From contig CAXXKM010000003.1 in NCBI GenBank assembly GCA_963664435.2, positions 928,001-992,000 on the forward strand: 64,000 bases of DNA. The letters are read 5' to 3'. A program made the position numbers and the translations under genes. Under the pieces are notes generated by a model. The model did not search any database, was not told where the DNA came from, and saw only the letters and a program-made list of their open reading frames with translations. This DNA comes from Longimicrobiales bacterium (GTDB lineage: Bacteria; Gemmatimonadota; Gemmatimonadetes; Longimicrobiales; Gaopeijiaceae). Positions 1 through 9,729 of this stretch are shown one piece after another (the stretch's first letter is position 1; each line of letters starts with the position of its first letter).

Positions 1-792
1 GAAGTGGCCTTGATCGAGCAGGCACCTGACGGAGTCCTCCTTCTCGGCCGTGAGGGAGAGCGGCTCGTGGAACACTACAGCTTTTACGCGGTGTTCCAGA
101 CACCCCAAGAATACCGGATCGTCGATGGTCACAAGCTGCTGGGGACACTTCCGGTCGTGATGGTAGTGACGCCCGGCATGACGATTGTCTTTTCCGGGCG
201 ACGTTGGCGAATCACCAGGATACATGACGGCGACAGGGTGATCGAAGTTACCGCCGACCGCGTCGGGCAACCACCCAAGTTCGGTGGTGCCGGAGGAGCC
301 ATCCACGACCGCGTTGCGAACAAGATGCGTGACGTGCTGCTGGGGGAGGGTCGTCCCGTGTATCTCGATGCGACCGCAGCGATTCTCTTGGAAGACGCAC
401 GCGTAGAATTCCGGCGACTTGGCTTTGAGCGGAGTTCGGTCCGTGGGATCGGCCAGCGACACTCGTTGATCGCCACAGGGGTTGGCACGATCAAGACCTC
501 GACACTCGCACTGGCCCTTCGTGCCAAAGGCTACAGCGTCATGACTGATGACGGCTTCCTCGATGTCCGATGGCCCGAATCTATCCGACCTGTGGCGGAA
601 GCACTGGAAACCATCGCCCGCTCGGGACCAGTTCCCGTTGCGAAACTGGCGTCGAGTGACTCAAACCTCAGCACGGAGAAATTCCACCGCTACCTAAGTC
701 GCGAGCTCCTCATTGAGGATGTGGCCAGCAGCAGACTCGATGTTGCCGGACTGCCGCAGTTGGCGCGTCGGGTGGTTGGGGCTGGTCGATAA
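1..792 (+). CDS. C-terminal part of an Lhr-like DEAD/DEAH helicase (Shango SngC-like), 5'-truncated by the window
   Basis: Frame open from base 1. FYAVFxTxxEYRIV..LGTLP, FSGRRWRI, PPKFGG..IHDRV and EKFxxYL motifs match C-termini of Lhr-like helicases linked to TerB/DUF2791 genes. Looks less GC-rich than the rest of the window. Confidence 0.7.
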   Translation, partial: EVALIEQAPDGVLLLGREGERLVEHYSFYAVFQTPQEYRIVDGHKLLGTLPVVMVVTPGMTIVFSGRRWRITRIHDGDRVIEVTADRVGQPPKFGGAGGAIHDRVANKMRDVLLGEGRPVYLDATAAILLEDARVEFRRLGFERSSVRGIGQRHSLIATGVGTIKTSTLALALRAKGYSVMTDDGFLDVRWPESIRPVAEALETIARSGPVPVAKLASSDSNLSTEKFHRYLSRELLIEDVASSRLDVAGLPQLARRVVGAGR

Positions 793-797
793 CGGGG

Positions 798-836
798 TTG
801 CCATATTTCCATAACAACGATATGGTTTTCCATATG
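798..836 (+). promoter_or_regulatory. sigma70-like promoter with CCATA/TATGG operator repeats for vapBC
   Basis: TTGCCA (798-803), 17-nt spacer, TATGGT (821-826). CCATA at 801, 809 and 830, inverted TATGG at 821. ATG at 834 has no SD, so possibly leaderless. Confidence 0.6.
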
Positions 837-1073
837 AAGACCACGCTGAACATCGATGACATCGTCATGCGGCGCCTGCGACGGGAGGCTGCCCGCCGCG
901 ACACCACCATGTCGGCACTGGTGGAGGCGGGGCTGCGGATGGTTCTCGCGGACCACGGCGCCGCCGAAGACGAGGCCGGCGACCTGCCGCCCCTGCCCTC
1001 ATGGAACAGCGGCGGGCAGCTGGTGGATATCAGCAACCGCGAGGAACTCTACCGGGCGATGGAGGACGAGTGA
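834..1073 (+). CDS. vapB: VapB-like ribbon-helix-helix antitoxin
   Basis: MKTTLNIDD..LRREAARRDTTMSALVEAGLR RHH pattern; directly upstream of a PIN-domain gene. Confidence 0.85.
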   Translation: MKTTLNIDDIVMRRLRREAARRDTTMSALVEAGLRMVLADHGAAEDEAGDLPPLPSWNSGGQLVDISNREELYRAMEDE

Positions 1074-1523
1074 GTGCTGGTTTTCGACACCAACGTGCTC
1101 CTCTACGCGGCGGACGATGACTCCGACTACCGTGATCCCTGCCGTCGCTGGATCGAGAAGGCCCGGCGCGACCCATCGCCCGCCTTCCTGACCTGGAACA
1201 TCTGCTACGAGTTCCTGCGGGTAAGCACCCACCGCCGGGTATTCCGCTCGCCCTGGTCTCCTGCGCAGGCCCGGCGCTTCCTAAGCGCGCTGGTGGACTC
1301 CCCGGGATTCGAGATGCTGGTCTCGACGCGTCGTCACGCGGCGATCCTCGAGCGGACGGTGGCGGAGCTTCCTGACATCCGCGGGAATCAGATGCACGAC
1401 CTCCACACCGCAGTGCTCATGCGCGAGCACGGCGTCAGCCGAATCTGCACGCGCGACACCGGGTTCCACCGCTTTCCGTTCCTGACGGTGGTCGATCCTC
1501 TGCGGCGGAGCATTGGAGGGTGA
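1074..1523 (+). CDS. vapC: VapC PIN-domain ribonuclease toxin
   Basis: VFDTNVLLYA, EFLRVSTH, HDLHTA and TRDTGF acidic PIN motifs. Confidence 0.9.
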   Translation: MLVFDTNVLLYAADDDSDYRDPCRRWIEKARRDPSPAFLTWNICYEFLRVSTHRRVFRSPWSPAQARRFLSALVDSPGFEMLVSTRRHAAILERTVAELPDIRGNQMHDLHTAVLMREHGVSRICTRDTGFHRFPFLTVVDPLRRSIGG

Positions 1524-1593
1524 ACGGCAGCCGCCTCGCTGGTTCCAAGAGGGTGGCGCAACCAGAGTCGCCCACGCTACATGCGGCGCGCGG

Positions 1594-2106
1594 CTACTTC
1601 AACTGTTTCGGGCGCACGTAGTATTCCAGGGTCCCGCTCGCCCCGGGCAGATCGGCCCAGCGGTCGATCTTGAACGAGAGGACGGCCAGGGCGCCGGTGG
1701 GATACTTGCGCTGCATTCGGGCGATCTTCTTCCTGCTGCCGAAAACGGAATGGCGCCAGGCGAATTCGGCGATGCCCGGGTTGTGCCCGACCACCGCCAC
1801 CGTGTTCGCCTCGTCGTCCTGCCTGACCAGTTGGTTCAGGATCGCCTGCATCGACGCGTGGTAGAGTGCCCGCCGATGCACGACCGGTATCTCTCCCAGC
1901 TCCGGCACCATGCGTTCCCAGGTTTCCGCAGTGCGGCGGGCGGCCGAGCACAGAACCCGGTCGGGAACCAGGTCGTGGTCACGGATCCAGGCTGCAACGC
2001 GGGGTGCGGCCGCGCGGCCCCGTGGTGCGAGCGGCCGGTCGAAATCCGCAAGAGTGTAGTCCTTCCAGTCGGACTTGGCGTGGCGGAGCAGAAGGATCCT
2101 CTTCAA
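1594..2106 (-). CDS. sixA: SixA-like phosphohistidine phosphatase
   Basis: LLRHAKS, DFDRPL, CSAARRTAET and VVGHNP motifs. Confidence 0.9.
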   Translation of the reverse strand: MKRILLLRHAKSDWKDYTLADFDRPLAPRGRAAAPRVAAWIRDHDLVPDRVLCSAARRTAETWERMVPELGEIPVVHRRALYHASMQAILNQLVRQDDEANTVAVVGHNPGIAEFAWRHSVFGSRKKIARMQRKYPTGALAVLSFKIDRWADLPGASGTLEYYVRPKQLK

Positions 2107-2115
2107 GGGCGGCGC

Positions 2116-2283
2116 TCAGCGGTGTTTTCGTCGCCGCCACCCGTACCCCGGAGGAGCGGGCGGCTTCGGAAGACGGAACGGGTTGTCGGGCTTTTCGGCG
2201 GTCGGCAGTTTCGGCTTGCGCGGCTTCTGCACGCGCGGCTTGTCGAACACGCCTCCCTTCCTTGTGATCAGCTTCCAGATCAT
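2116..2283 (-). CDS. small Lys/Arg/Pro-rich protein, 55 aa (not in ORF track)
   Basis: MIWKLITRKGGVFDKPRVQKPRKPKLPTAEKPDNPFRLPKPPAPPGYGWRRRKHR; AGGGAG SD upstream; fills the flotillin-sixA gap. Confidence 0.55.
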   Translation of the reverse strand: MIWKLITRKGGVFDKPRVQKPRKPKLPTAEKPDNPFRLPKPPAPPGYGWRRRKHR

Positions 2284-2394
2284 GATGCGGGCTCCCTGGG
2301 AATGCGAGGGGATGCTACGCGAATACGGATCGCTACGACAGGGGCCGGCCCGCCGTTTCGATCCCCGACGCGACGGAGAACCGGACCTCGCGTG

Positions 2395-3702
2395 CTATGC
2401 ATCTCCCGAAGGCAGTTCGCGATTCGCTTCCTGGATGGTCCCTCCCGTCGCTCGGCGCAACACCTGCTGGATGTCGAGGCCGAGCACCGACGCCAGCCCC
2501 TCGAGCGTCCCGTAAGCGCCCCGGACCCGCTGGTTCAGCGCATTGGAGACACCTTCGCCCTCCCCCCCGTCCATGACCACTAAGCGGTCGATATCGACCC
2601 CTTCCACTGCTCCCACGGCGATCTCCAGCAGCTCCGGCAGCTTCTCGGCCATGAAGACGGCGAAGGCCGCATCCCCACCGGTCTGGACCTCCGCGTAGAG
2701 CCGCCTGAGCACCTCCACCTGGGCCTTGCCGCGCTCCAGGATCGGTGCCGCTTCCGCCTGGGCGCGGGCGAACGCGGCCATCTTCGCGGCCTTGGCGGGC
2801 TCCACCACGTCCGCGCGCAGACGCTGTTCCTCGCGCTCGACCCGCTTCATCTCGAGGATCTTTTCGGCCTCGACCTCGGCTTCCTGCGCCTTCACGCGCG
2901 CGATCTTCTCGGCCGTCTCGCCCTGGCGGTCGAGCTCCGCCTTGCGGACGCGCAACTCGTTCTGCGCCTCGGCTACCTTGATGGAGGCGGCGGCCTCGCG
3001 CACCTGGGCGCGGCGGCGTGCCTCGGCCTGGGCTTCGCGGGTGTCCGCCTCGGCCTGCGCCTCCGCGATCTCGGCCGCCCGGATCGCCTCCGCCGACTTC
3101 TCGCGTCCGATGGCCTCGAGGTAGCCGCGCTCGTCGCTGACGTTCTGGATCTTGAGGACGTCCAGGTGAAATCCCAGGGACGCCAGGTCCTCGCCGGCGT
3201 CATCGGCCAGCGCCTTGGCGAACCCGAGGCGGTCTTCGTTGACGGCCTCGGGGGTGAGGGTCGCGAGCACGCCGCGCAGGTTGCCGGTCAGGGTGTCCTG
3301 GGCCAGTTCGCGCACCTCGTCCTCCGTCTTCCCCAGCAGACGCTCGACGGCGTTGTTGAAGACCCATTCCGGCTCGGAGGCGATCTTCACGTTGGCGATG
3401 GCCTCGACGCTGAGCGGGATGTTCCCCTTGGAGAAGGCGTTGTTGACCGAAACCTCGATGGGGATGGTCTCGAGGTTCATGTGCTGCACGGTCTCGATGA
3501 TGGGCACCCGCAGCGTGCGGCCGCCGGAGATGGAGCGGTATCCCACCGCCTGCCCGTCGGAGGACGTGCGATTGCGTCCCGTGAGCACGGCGGCCCGGTT
3601 GGGCGGCACGATGACAATCAGGCTCTTGATGGTGATGATGAACACGATCACCGCCACCAGGACCACGAGGGCCATGGTCAGGGGTGCGGCCAGGAATTCC
3701 AT
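2395..3702 (-). CDS. flotillin / SPFH-domain membrane protein
   Basis: N-terminal TM helix, SPFH core (LTGNLRGVLATLTPEAVNEDR), AEA-rich coiled coil; SD AAGAGGAGG before ATG 3702. Confidence 0.9.
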   Translation of the reverse strand: MEFLAAPLTMALVVLVAVIVFIITIKSLIVIVPPNRAAVLTGRNRTSSDGQAVGYRSISGGRTLRVPIIETVQHMNLETIPIEVSVNNAFSKGNIPLSVEAIANVKIASEPEWVFNNAVERLLGKTEDEVRELAQDTLTGNLRGVLATLTPEAVNEDRLGFAKALADDAGEDLASLGFHLDVLKIQNVSDERGYLEAIGREKSAEAIRAAEIAEAQAEADTREAQAEARRRAQVREAAASIKVAEAQNELRVRKAELDRQGETAEKIARVKAQEAEVEAEKILEMKRVEREEQRLRADVVEPAKAAKMAAFARAQAEAAPILERGKAQVEVLRRLYAEVQTGGDAAFAVFMAEKLPELLEIAVGAVEGVDIDRLVVMDGGEGEGVSNALNQRVRGAYGTLEGLASVLGLDIQQVLRRATGGTIQEANRELPSGDA

Positions 3703-3834
3703 TATGCGCCTCCTCTTGTGCCATTCCGGCATGGCGATCTTGTATTGTGCCGTACGTCATCCCGCAGTTCTCGCCGCGCGGCGTGACGCGGAACGCTTCC
3801 GTGGCAGCGGATCGGGATGCTCGGCTCGACGTCG

Positions 3835-4401
3835 TCAATCATCGATCAGCTTCATCTCCACCGGTACCACGGCGGCGATCCCCGACGCCATGCTGACCAC
3901 CACCACCGATTGACCTGGACGGAGCGTGCTGTCCGGGGGACAGCTCGCGTCCAGTCGGGCGCGGATGCCGTGGCGCCGGTCGCCGCGCAGCACCCGTATC
4001 GAGCCCGGGCTCGCGGCCGTGATCTCGAGCGACACTTCCGCGGTCAACCCCACGAAGGACTGTTCCCCCAGCATGGTTCCGGTGTTTCCTCGCTTGAGGA
4101 ACCCGAACGCGGCTCCGATGAGCGCGCCCGTGGCCAGCCCGGTCACGCCTGCGACGATGGCGGTCAGTCCGGGCCGGCCGCCGCCCCACACCAGATGCAG
4201 AAGGGTGCCGGCCGCACCGAAACCGAAGAGGGCGTAGATGATGGCCCGCAGCGAGAAGAGCTTCCCGACATCGCCGACGTCCCCGATGCCGAGATCCGCG
4301 TCTGCGTCAATGTCGGCGTCAGCTTCCAGAAAGTCGCCGAAGAGCGACAGCAGCAGGAAGCCGCCGCCCACGACGAGGCAGAAGATGTACGCAGCGAGCA
4401 T
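3835..4401 (-). CDS. NfeD-like membrane protein (flotillin partner)
   Basis: Three TM segments with an acidic loop, then an OB-fold-like C-terminus; directly upstream of flotillin. Confidence 0.8.
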   Translation of the reverse strand: MLAAYIFCLVVGGGFLLLSLFGDFLEADADIDADADLGIGDVGDVGKLFSLRAIIYALFGFGAAGTLLHLVWGGGRPGLTAIVAGVTGLATGALIGAAFGFLKRGNTGTMLGEQSFVGLTAEVSLEITAASPGSIRVLRGDRRHGIRARLDASCPPDSTLRPGQSVVVVSMASGIAAVVPVEMKLIDD

Positions 4402-4564
4402 GGACGGTCCTCACTCGGTCGCATGGCGAGGATCCGCGGCACGGAGTCGCGCATGCCACAACGGCAGGGGCGGAAATCTACCGGTTTGCGCGCGAGCGGC
4501 GAAACCCCGCCGGCCCGGCCCGGCTGCGCGATCGGGCCCGGGCCATCGAGGCGCGGATTCCCGG

Positions 4565-6697
4565 CTACATCGCCGGCCGAGCCTTCAGCCACTGTTCCCA
4601 CCACTCGAGCTGGACCCAGGTGCGGTGCACCATGCGCCAGGGGGTCCAGCCGCCGTGGTAGGACTCCGGATAGCGCACGAACTTCGCCGGGACCCCCTGC
4701 TTGTGCAGGGCGACGTACATCTGTTCGGCCTCTTCGATGGGAACCCGATGGTCGGACTCTCCGTGCACGAAGAGGGTCGGGGTGGTGACCCCGTCGGCGT
4801 GGATGATGGGCGAAGAGCGCAGCAGGTTCTCGAGCCCGCGCTCCTCCCAGGGAGGCCCGAAGAACTCGCTTTCCTTGGTGCGCGGGATGTCCGCGACGCC
4901 GTAGTCGCTCACCCAGTTGGAGATGGAGGCCCCCGCGATGGCGGCCGCGAAGCGGTCGGTCCGGGTGATGACCCAGTTGGTCAGGTAGCCGCCGTACGAG
5001 TAGCCGGTCACGCCCATGCGCCCGGTGTCGATGCGGTAGTTGTCGATGGCATGGTCGACGCCGGCCATGACGTCGTCGTAGTCGTTGAAGCCCCATCCGC
5101 CCCAGGTGCCCCAGCGGAAGTCCTCGCCATAGCCGGTGGAGGCGCGCGGGTTCGTATAGAGGACCATGTACCCCTGCGCGGCCAGCAGCTGGCGGTCGAA
5201 GGAGAAGTCGTTGCCGTACATCCCGTGCGGCCCGCCGTGCATCACGAGGACCATGGGGAAGTCGCCGCTCCCGGCCTCGTAGCCGCGCGCCGGCAGCATC
5301 CAGCCCTCCACCTCGGTGCCGTCGGGGCTGTGGAAGATGAGGTTTTCGGGTTCGGAGAGGTCGAGTTCGGCCAGCAGCGCCGCGTTCACCTCGCTCACCC
5401 GGGTCTCGGCGGCGCCCGATACGGGCGCGACATGGATGTCGCCGGGTTCGGTGGGAGTGGTGACCCGGTAGGCCATGCGCGAGAAGTCGGCCGAGAAGGA
5501 GAAGCCCGCCAGCCGGCGGTCGCCCCCGGTGACCTGTTCGACCGCGCCGCCGTCCACGGCCACCCGGAAGAGGTGGGTGTTGCCGCTCACGCCCACCGAG
5601 AAGTAGACGTGTCCGTCCGGCGACGTGACGGGCCCGCCGGGGATCAGGTCCCAGTCGGCGGTCAGGTTGCGTCGGCCACCGCCGTCGGGGTCGAAGGCGA
5701 AGAGGTCGTTGGCCGCCCCGCGGTCCCTTCCCTCGCGGATGATCACGTCCAGCCCCTCGTTGCCGCGGACCACGATGCGGCGGCCGTCTGCCGACCAGGC
5801 GGGCCCGGAGTAGTTGTACTCGTCGTCGGTGAGGCGGGTGACGGCGCCGTCCAGGTCTACGGTCCAGAGGTCCGCACGCTCGTAACTGAGCTCGTCGCGC
5901 TGGTGCGCGTCGGCGGTGAAGGCGAGGCGCCGGCCGTCGGGGCTCCACGCCAGGCCGGCCGCGTCCACGCCCAGGTCGGTCAGGCGGCGGGGTTCACCTC
6001 CGGTGGCCGGCAGCACGTACACTTCGCGCGGGGGGGTGGCGGCGGGGTCGCGGGGGTCGGCCAGGTAGCCGCGGCGGTCGAAGCGGTAGTTCATCCAGTC
6101 GTAGGTGCGCCCGTCGAAGCGCTCGACCGTTCGGCGCTCGAAATCGGAAGCGTACACGGGCTCGGGGCCCGGTTCGGGCGGGGTGGGCCGGGTGAACGCG
6201 ATCCACTCGCCGTCGGGGCTGAACACCGGCGACCCGCTCAGCCCCTCGATCTGGAAGGCCTCGCCCGCGGGCTGGTCCATGCGCAGAAACCAGGTGCTGC
6301 CGCCGCTCTCGCCATCGGGACCCAGGCGGTTCGATGTGAAGACGAGCAGGCGCCCGTCGGGTGACCAGCCGGGCCCGGAGGCGCTGAAGCTCGGGCTGGT
6401 AAGCCGCACCGGCTCACCGGCTCCCGCCGCGTCCGCGAGCCAGATCCCGCTGTGGCTCCGGTTCTCCTCTTCGAGGACCGACGTGACGACGAACACGACC
6501 TGCGACCCGTCCGGCGAGATGGCCGGGCTGCCCGCGTTCTTCAGCCGGTAGTAGTCCTCGAGCTCGACGGGCCTCCGCTCCTGGGCGGCCAGCCCCGTGG
6601 CCAGCGGCTGCACGCCCGCGAGACCGAACGAGAGGAGCGACAGGGCCGCGGCGGCAAGGGCGAAGCGGCGCAGGACGGACACGGGACGCGGAATCAT
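4565..6697 (-). CDS. S9 family (prolyl oligopeptidase / acylaminoacyl) peptidase
   Basis: Signal peptide, WSPDG propeller repeats, HGGPH, GYSYGG nucleophile, D and H triad motifs; GGAGG SD. Confidence 0.92.
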   Translation of the reverse strand: MIPRPVSVLRRFALAAAALSLLSFGLAGVQPLATGLAAQERRPVELEDYYRLKNAGSPAISPDGSQVVFVVTSVLEEENRSHSGIWLADAAGAGEPVRLTSPSFSASGPGWSPDGRLLVFTSNRLGPDGESGGSTWFLRMDQPAGEAFQIEGLSGSPVFSPDGEWIAFTRPTPPEPGPEPVYASDFERRTVERFDGRTYDWMNYRFDRRGYLADPRDPAATPPREVYVLPATGGEPRRLTDLGVDAAGLAWSPDGRRLAFTADAHQRDELSYERADLWTVDLDGAVTRLTDDEYNYSGPAWSADGRRIVVRGNEGLDVIIREGRDRGAANDLFAFDPDGGGRRNLTADWDLIPGGPVTSPDGHVYFSVGVSGNTHLFRVAVDGGAVEQVTGGDRRLAGFSFSADFSRMAYRVTTPTEPGDIHVAPVSGAAETRVSEVNAALLAELDLSEPENLIFHSPDGTEVEGWMLPARGYEAGSGDFPMVLVMHGGPHGMYGNDFSFDRQLLAAQGYMVLYTNPRASTGYGEDFRWGTWGGWGFNDYDDVMAGVDHAIDNYRIDTGRMGVTGYSYGGYLTNWVITRTDRFAAAIAGASISNWVSDYGVADIPRTKESEFFGPPWEERGLENLLRSSPIIHADGVTTPTLFVHGESDHRVPIEEAEQMYVALHKQGVPAKFVRYPESYHGGWTPWRMVHRTWVQLEWWEQWLKARPAM

Positions 6698-6932
6698 GGG
6701 ATCCTCCGGGTGCGATGGACTTCCGTGCAATGTGAACGGCGCACCCGCGGGAGTCCACCAGGCAAAGCCCCTGGGGGGAGGCCGGACACGGCCGACTTGA
6801 CCGCCGACGGGTGGTCCTGAATGCTAACCGCGTGGAGTGCATCAACGGCTGATGCCGGCCGCGGCATCCAGGCACGGTCGGCGCTCAGTTCCGCGGCCGG
6901 GTCGCGGGAACACCTCTCAGGACAGTGCACCA

Positions 6933-8228
6933 ATGAGCGTTACGCAGAACGAGCCGGGCTCCTCCCGCACATTCCTCCGGTTCCCCGACTCATTGTGGTC
7001 CGCTCTCGCCACCGCTGCGGTTGTAATCGCCGCCGCGTGCGCGACCGATGCTCCGGAACCGTCCATGGAAGCTTCCGATGCCATGGCCGCGGAATCGGCT
7101 CCGAGCGTCACCGGCGCCGACACCGGCCCCGACACCGGCCCGATGCTCGACCTGGAAACCGCGCTGTCCCTCGCCGCGATGCCCCTCTCCTGTGTGGACC
7201 GCCCCCACGCGCTGCGGCCGGACCGGGCCGGCTACCTGGACGACATCAGCTACACCCGGCGCCGCGACTTCGACCGGAACCGCGCCTTCTACGGCTGCTG
7301 GGACTGGCACTCGGCGGTGAACTCGACGTGGGCGATGGTGCGGCTGGTGAAGGAGATGCCGGAGCTTCCGGTGGCCCCGCTCATCCGCGAGAAGCTGAGG
7401 GACCACCTCTCCGAGGAGGCCCTCGCCGGCGAACTCGAGTACCTGTCGGACAACCCGTCCTTCGAGCGGCCCTACGGCTGGGTCTGGCTCCTCCTGTTGC
7501 ACGGTGAGCTGGCGTCCTGGGACGATCCCTTCGCCGCCAGCTGGGCCGAGCGCCTCGAACCCGTGGTGAGCCATCTGAGCGACCGCCTCGTCGACTACCT
7601 CGCCGACCTGGAACGACCGGTGCGCACCGGCGTCCACCCCAACACCGCCTTCGCCATCGCCACAGCCCTGCAGGCGGAGGAGATGGCCGAACGCCCCGAA
7701 CTCGAGGAGGCGCTGCGGGCGTCGGCCGAGCGCTTCTTCGGGGCAGACCGCAACTGCCCGGTCGCCTACGAGCCCGGCCGTTCCGACTTCCTCTCGCCCT
7801 GCCTGGAGGAGGCCGCGGTCATGGGCATGGTGCTGGATCCGGAGCTCTACGCCACGTGGCTCGGCGGCTTTCTGCCTCCGCTCGACTCCGACGAGTTCGA
7901 GCCGCTCCGCGAGACGAATCCAGCCGGCGCGCGGGAGGACGAGCCCCCCGAGGGCGGCGACGTGGTCACCAACGACTCGCTGAGGTCGGCGTACGGCACC
8001 TACTCCCACCTCATCGGGCTCGCGTTTACCCGTGCGGATGCGATGCTGCGCATTGCGGCGGCGCTTCCCGACGGGGACCCCAGGGCCTCCGAGCTGCGCG
8101 CGATGGCAACCGAACACGCCCGCACCGGCTACGCCACCATGTTCGACGCGGACTACGCCGGATCCCACTGGATCGGCTCGTTCGCGCTCAAGTACCTGGT
8201 TCTGACGACAGGAGGCTCCTCGCCATGA
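6933..8228 (+). CDS. DUF2891 family protein, probable lipoprotein
   Basis: FYGCWDWHSAV, SFERPYGWVW, GVHPNTAF, DFLSPCL and YAGSHW motifs; start codon uncertain. Confidence 0.8.
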   Translation: MSVTQNEPGSSRTFLRFPDSLWSALATAAVVIAAACATDAPEPSMEASDAMAAESAPSVTGADTGPDTGPMLDLETALSLAAMPLSCVDRPHALRPDRAGYLDDISYTRRRDFDRNRAFYGCWDWHSAVNSTWAMVRLVKEMPELPVAPLIREKLRDHLSEEALAGELEYLSDNPSFERPYGWVWLLLLHGELASWDDPFAASWAERLEPVVSHLSDRLVDYLADLERPVRTGVHPNTAFAIATALQAEEMAERPELEEALRASAERFFGADRNCPVAYEPGRSDFLSPCLEEAAVMGMVLDPELYATWLGGFLPPLDSDEFEPLRETNPAGAREDEPPEGGDVVTNDSLRSAYGTYSHLIGLAFTRADAMLRIAAALPDGDPRASELRAMATEHARTGYATMFDADYAGSHWIGSFALKYLVLTTGGSSP

Positions 8229-9541
8229 CGCGTTCCCACATGCATCCGCCCCGCCGGTCGATCTGCGCCGACCCCCGTTCTCCCTTCGACCCCGGTCGCT
8301 CCGGCGCCCGAGTCCCGTCGGCTCCTTCCTCCGAGGCGACCCCTCCTCGCACCCGTCGTCCCGTGGCCCGTGTCCGCGCGCTGTTGCTTCTTGTCCTCGC
8401 CCTGCTCTCCACGGCTCCTCTTCACGCCCAGGGGACCGTCGTCACGCGAGCGGCCCCGGGGGACGCGGGCATGTCCGAGGGCGTTCTCGCCGGCGGCGTG
8501 GCGCTCTACGAGGAGGCGATCGAGCGTGGCGACCTCGTGGGGGCGGTGCTGCTCGTGGCCAGGGACGGCAAGGTCGTGCTGCACGAGGCGCTGGGGTGGC
8601 GGGACAAGGCGCGCGGCATCCCCATGGAGCCGGGCACCATGTTCCGCATGGCCTCCAACACCAAGCCGCCGGTGGCCACGGCCATCGCGATGCTGGTGGA
8701 GGACGGGAGGCTGGCCTACGACGACCTGGTGCGCGAACACCTGCCGTCCTGGGACAACTATCGCGCCGGCTTCATCAACATCGGCCATCTGCTGTCGCAC
8801 GCCAGCGGGCTCCGCATCCCGACGCTCTTCCTGCAGCCCTACATGGAGCCGTCCGCCGAGCATCCGGACGCGCCGACACTCCAGCTGGAAGCCGCCCGTT
8901 TCGGCGCCGTCGGTGCGGAGGCCATCCCCGGCACCACCTACAGCTACAACAATCCGGGCTACAACACCCTGGGCGCGCTGGTGGAGATCGCGTCGGAGAT
9001 GCCGCTGGAGGAGTACCTCGACCAGGAGATCTACACGCCGCTCGGCATGGTCGACAGCTACCATCACGAGATCGACGAGAGGATGGACGGCAAGCTGGAC
9101 CGAATGGGCGTCGTCTACTATGAGCGCGACGGCGAAGGCGGCTGGATGCCCGGATGGACCCCCGGCGATCCGCCCCAGGTCCCGTTCGTGCGGGCCTCCG
9201 GAGGGATGATCTCGACCGCCGACGACTATGTCATCTTCTGTCAGATGTTTCTGAACCGCGGCGTCTACGACGGGAAGCGGATCATTTCCGAGGAGACCGT
9301 GGAGTCGATGACATCGCCGAAGATCCGCACCAACCCCGGTGCCGAGGGCCCGGCCCGCTACTACGGGTACGGATGGTCGGTTTCGGACGACGGCGTGTAC
9401 TCTCACACCGGGTCCGACGGCACCGGTGCCTGGGTGGATCCGTCGACCAACCTGATCGTGCTGGTGTTCACGCAGACGCCGCGAGGCCGCGATCCGGTAG
9501 CGCGCTTCCGCGAGATCGTGAACCTGGCCATCGAGGGGTGA
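8225..9541 (+). CDS. serine hydrolase, beta-lactamase family
   Basis: SxxK (ASNTK), YNNPGY, LLSHASG and HTGSDG; ATGA overlap with the upstream stop. Confidence 0.88.
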   Translation: MTRSHMHPPRRSICADPRSPFDPGRSGARVPSAPSSEATPPRTRRPVARVRALLLLVLALLSTAPLHAQGTVVTRAAPGDAGMSEGVLAGGVALYEEAIERGDLVGAVLLVARDGKVVLHEALGWRDKARGIPMEPGTMFRMASNTKPPVATAIAMLVEDGRLAYDDLVREHLPSWDNYRAGFINIGHLLSHASGLRIPTLFLQPYMEPSAEHPDAPTLQLEAARFGAVGAEAIPGTTYSYNNPGYNTLGALVEIASEMPLEEYLDQEIYTPLGMVDSYHHEIDERMDGKLDRMGVVYYERDGEGGWMPGWTPGDPPQVPFVRASGGMISTADDYVIFCQMFLNRGVYDGKRIISEETVESMTSPKIRTNPGAEGPARYYGYGWSVSDDGVYSHTGSDGTGAWVDPSTNLIVLVFTQTPRGRDPVARFREIVNLAIEG

Positions 9542-9567
9542 AAGCCGAGCGCACGGGAGGAACGCCC

Positions 9568-9729
9568 ATGCATCGTATTTCGGCGCGTGTACCTGACGAG
9601 CTTTCCGAGAGGTTGGATGCGGCCGCCCGGCGATTCGAGCGACCTCGTGCTAGATTGGGAAAGAGGTACGCGCGGAACTGCTCCGCTGAATCGATCCTGC
9701 CCCGCTCTCTGATTCCGAGACGCCCATGA
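9568..9729 (+). pseudogene. RHH/CopG-like antitoxin remnant, 53 aa
   Basis: GGGAGG SD; MHRISARVPDELSERLDAAARR resembles RHH strand plus helix A, then degenerates; no toxin partner. Confidence 0.4.
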
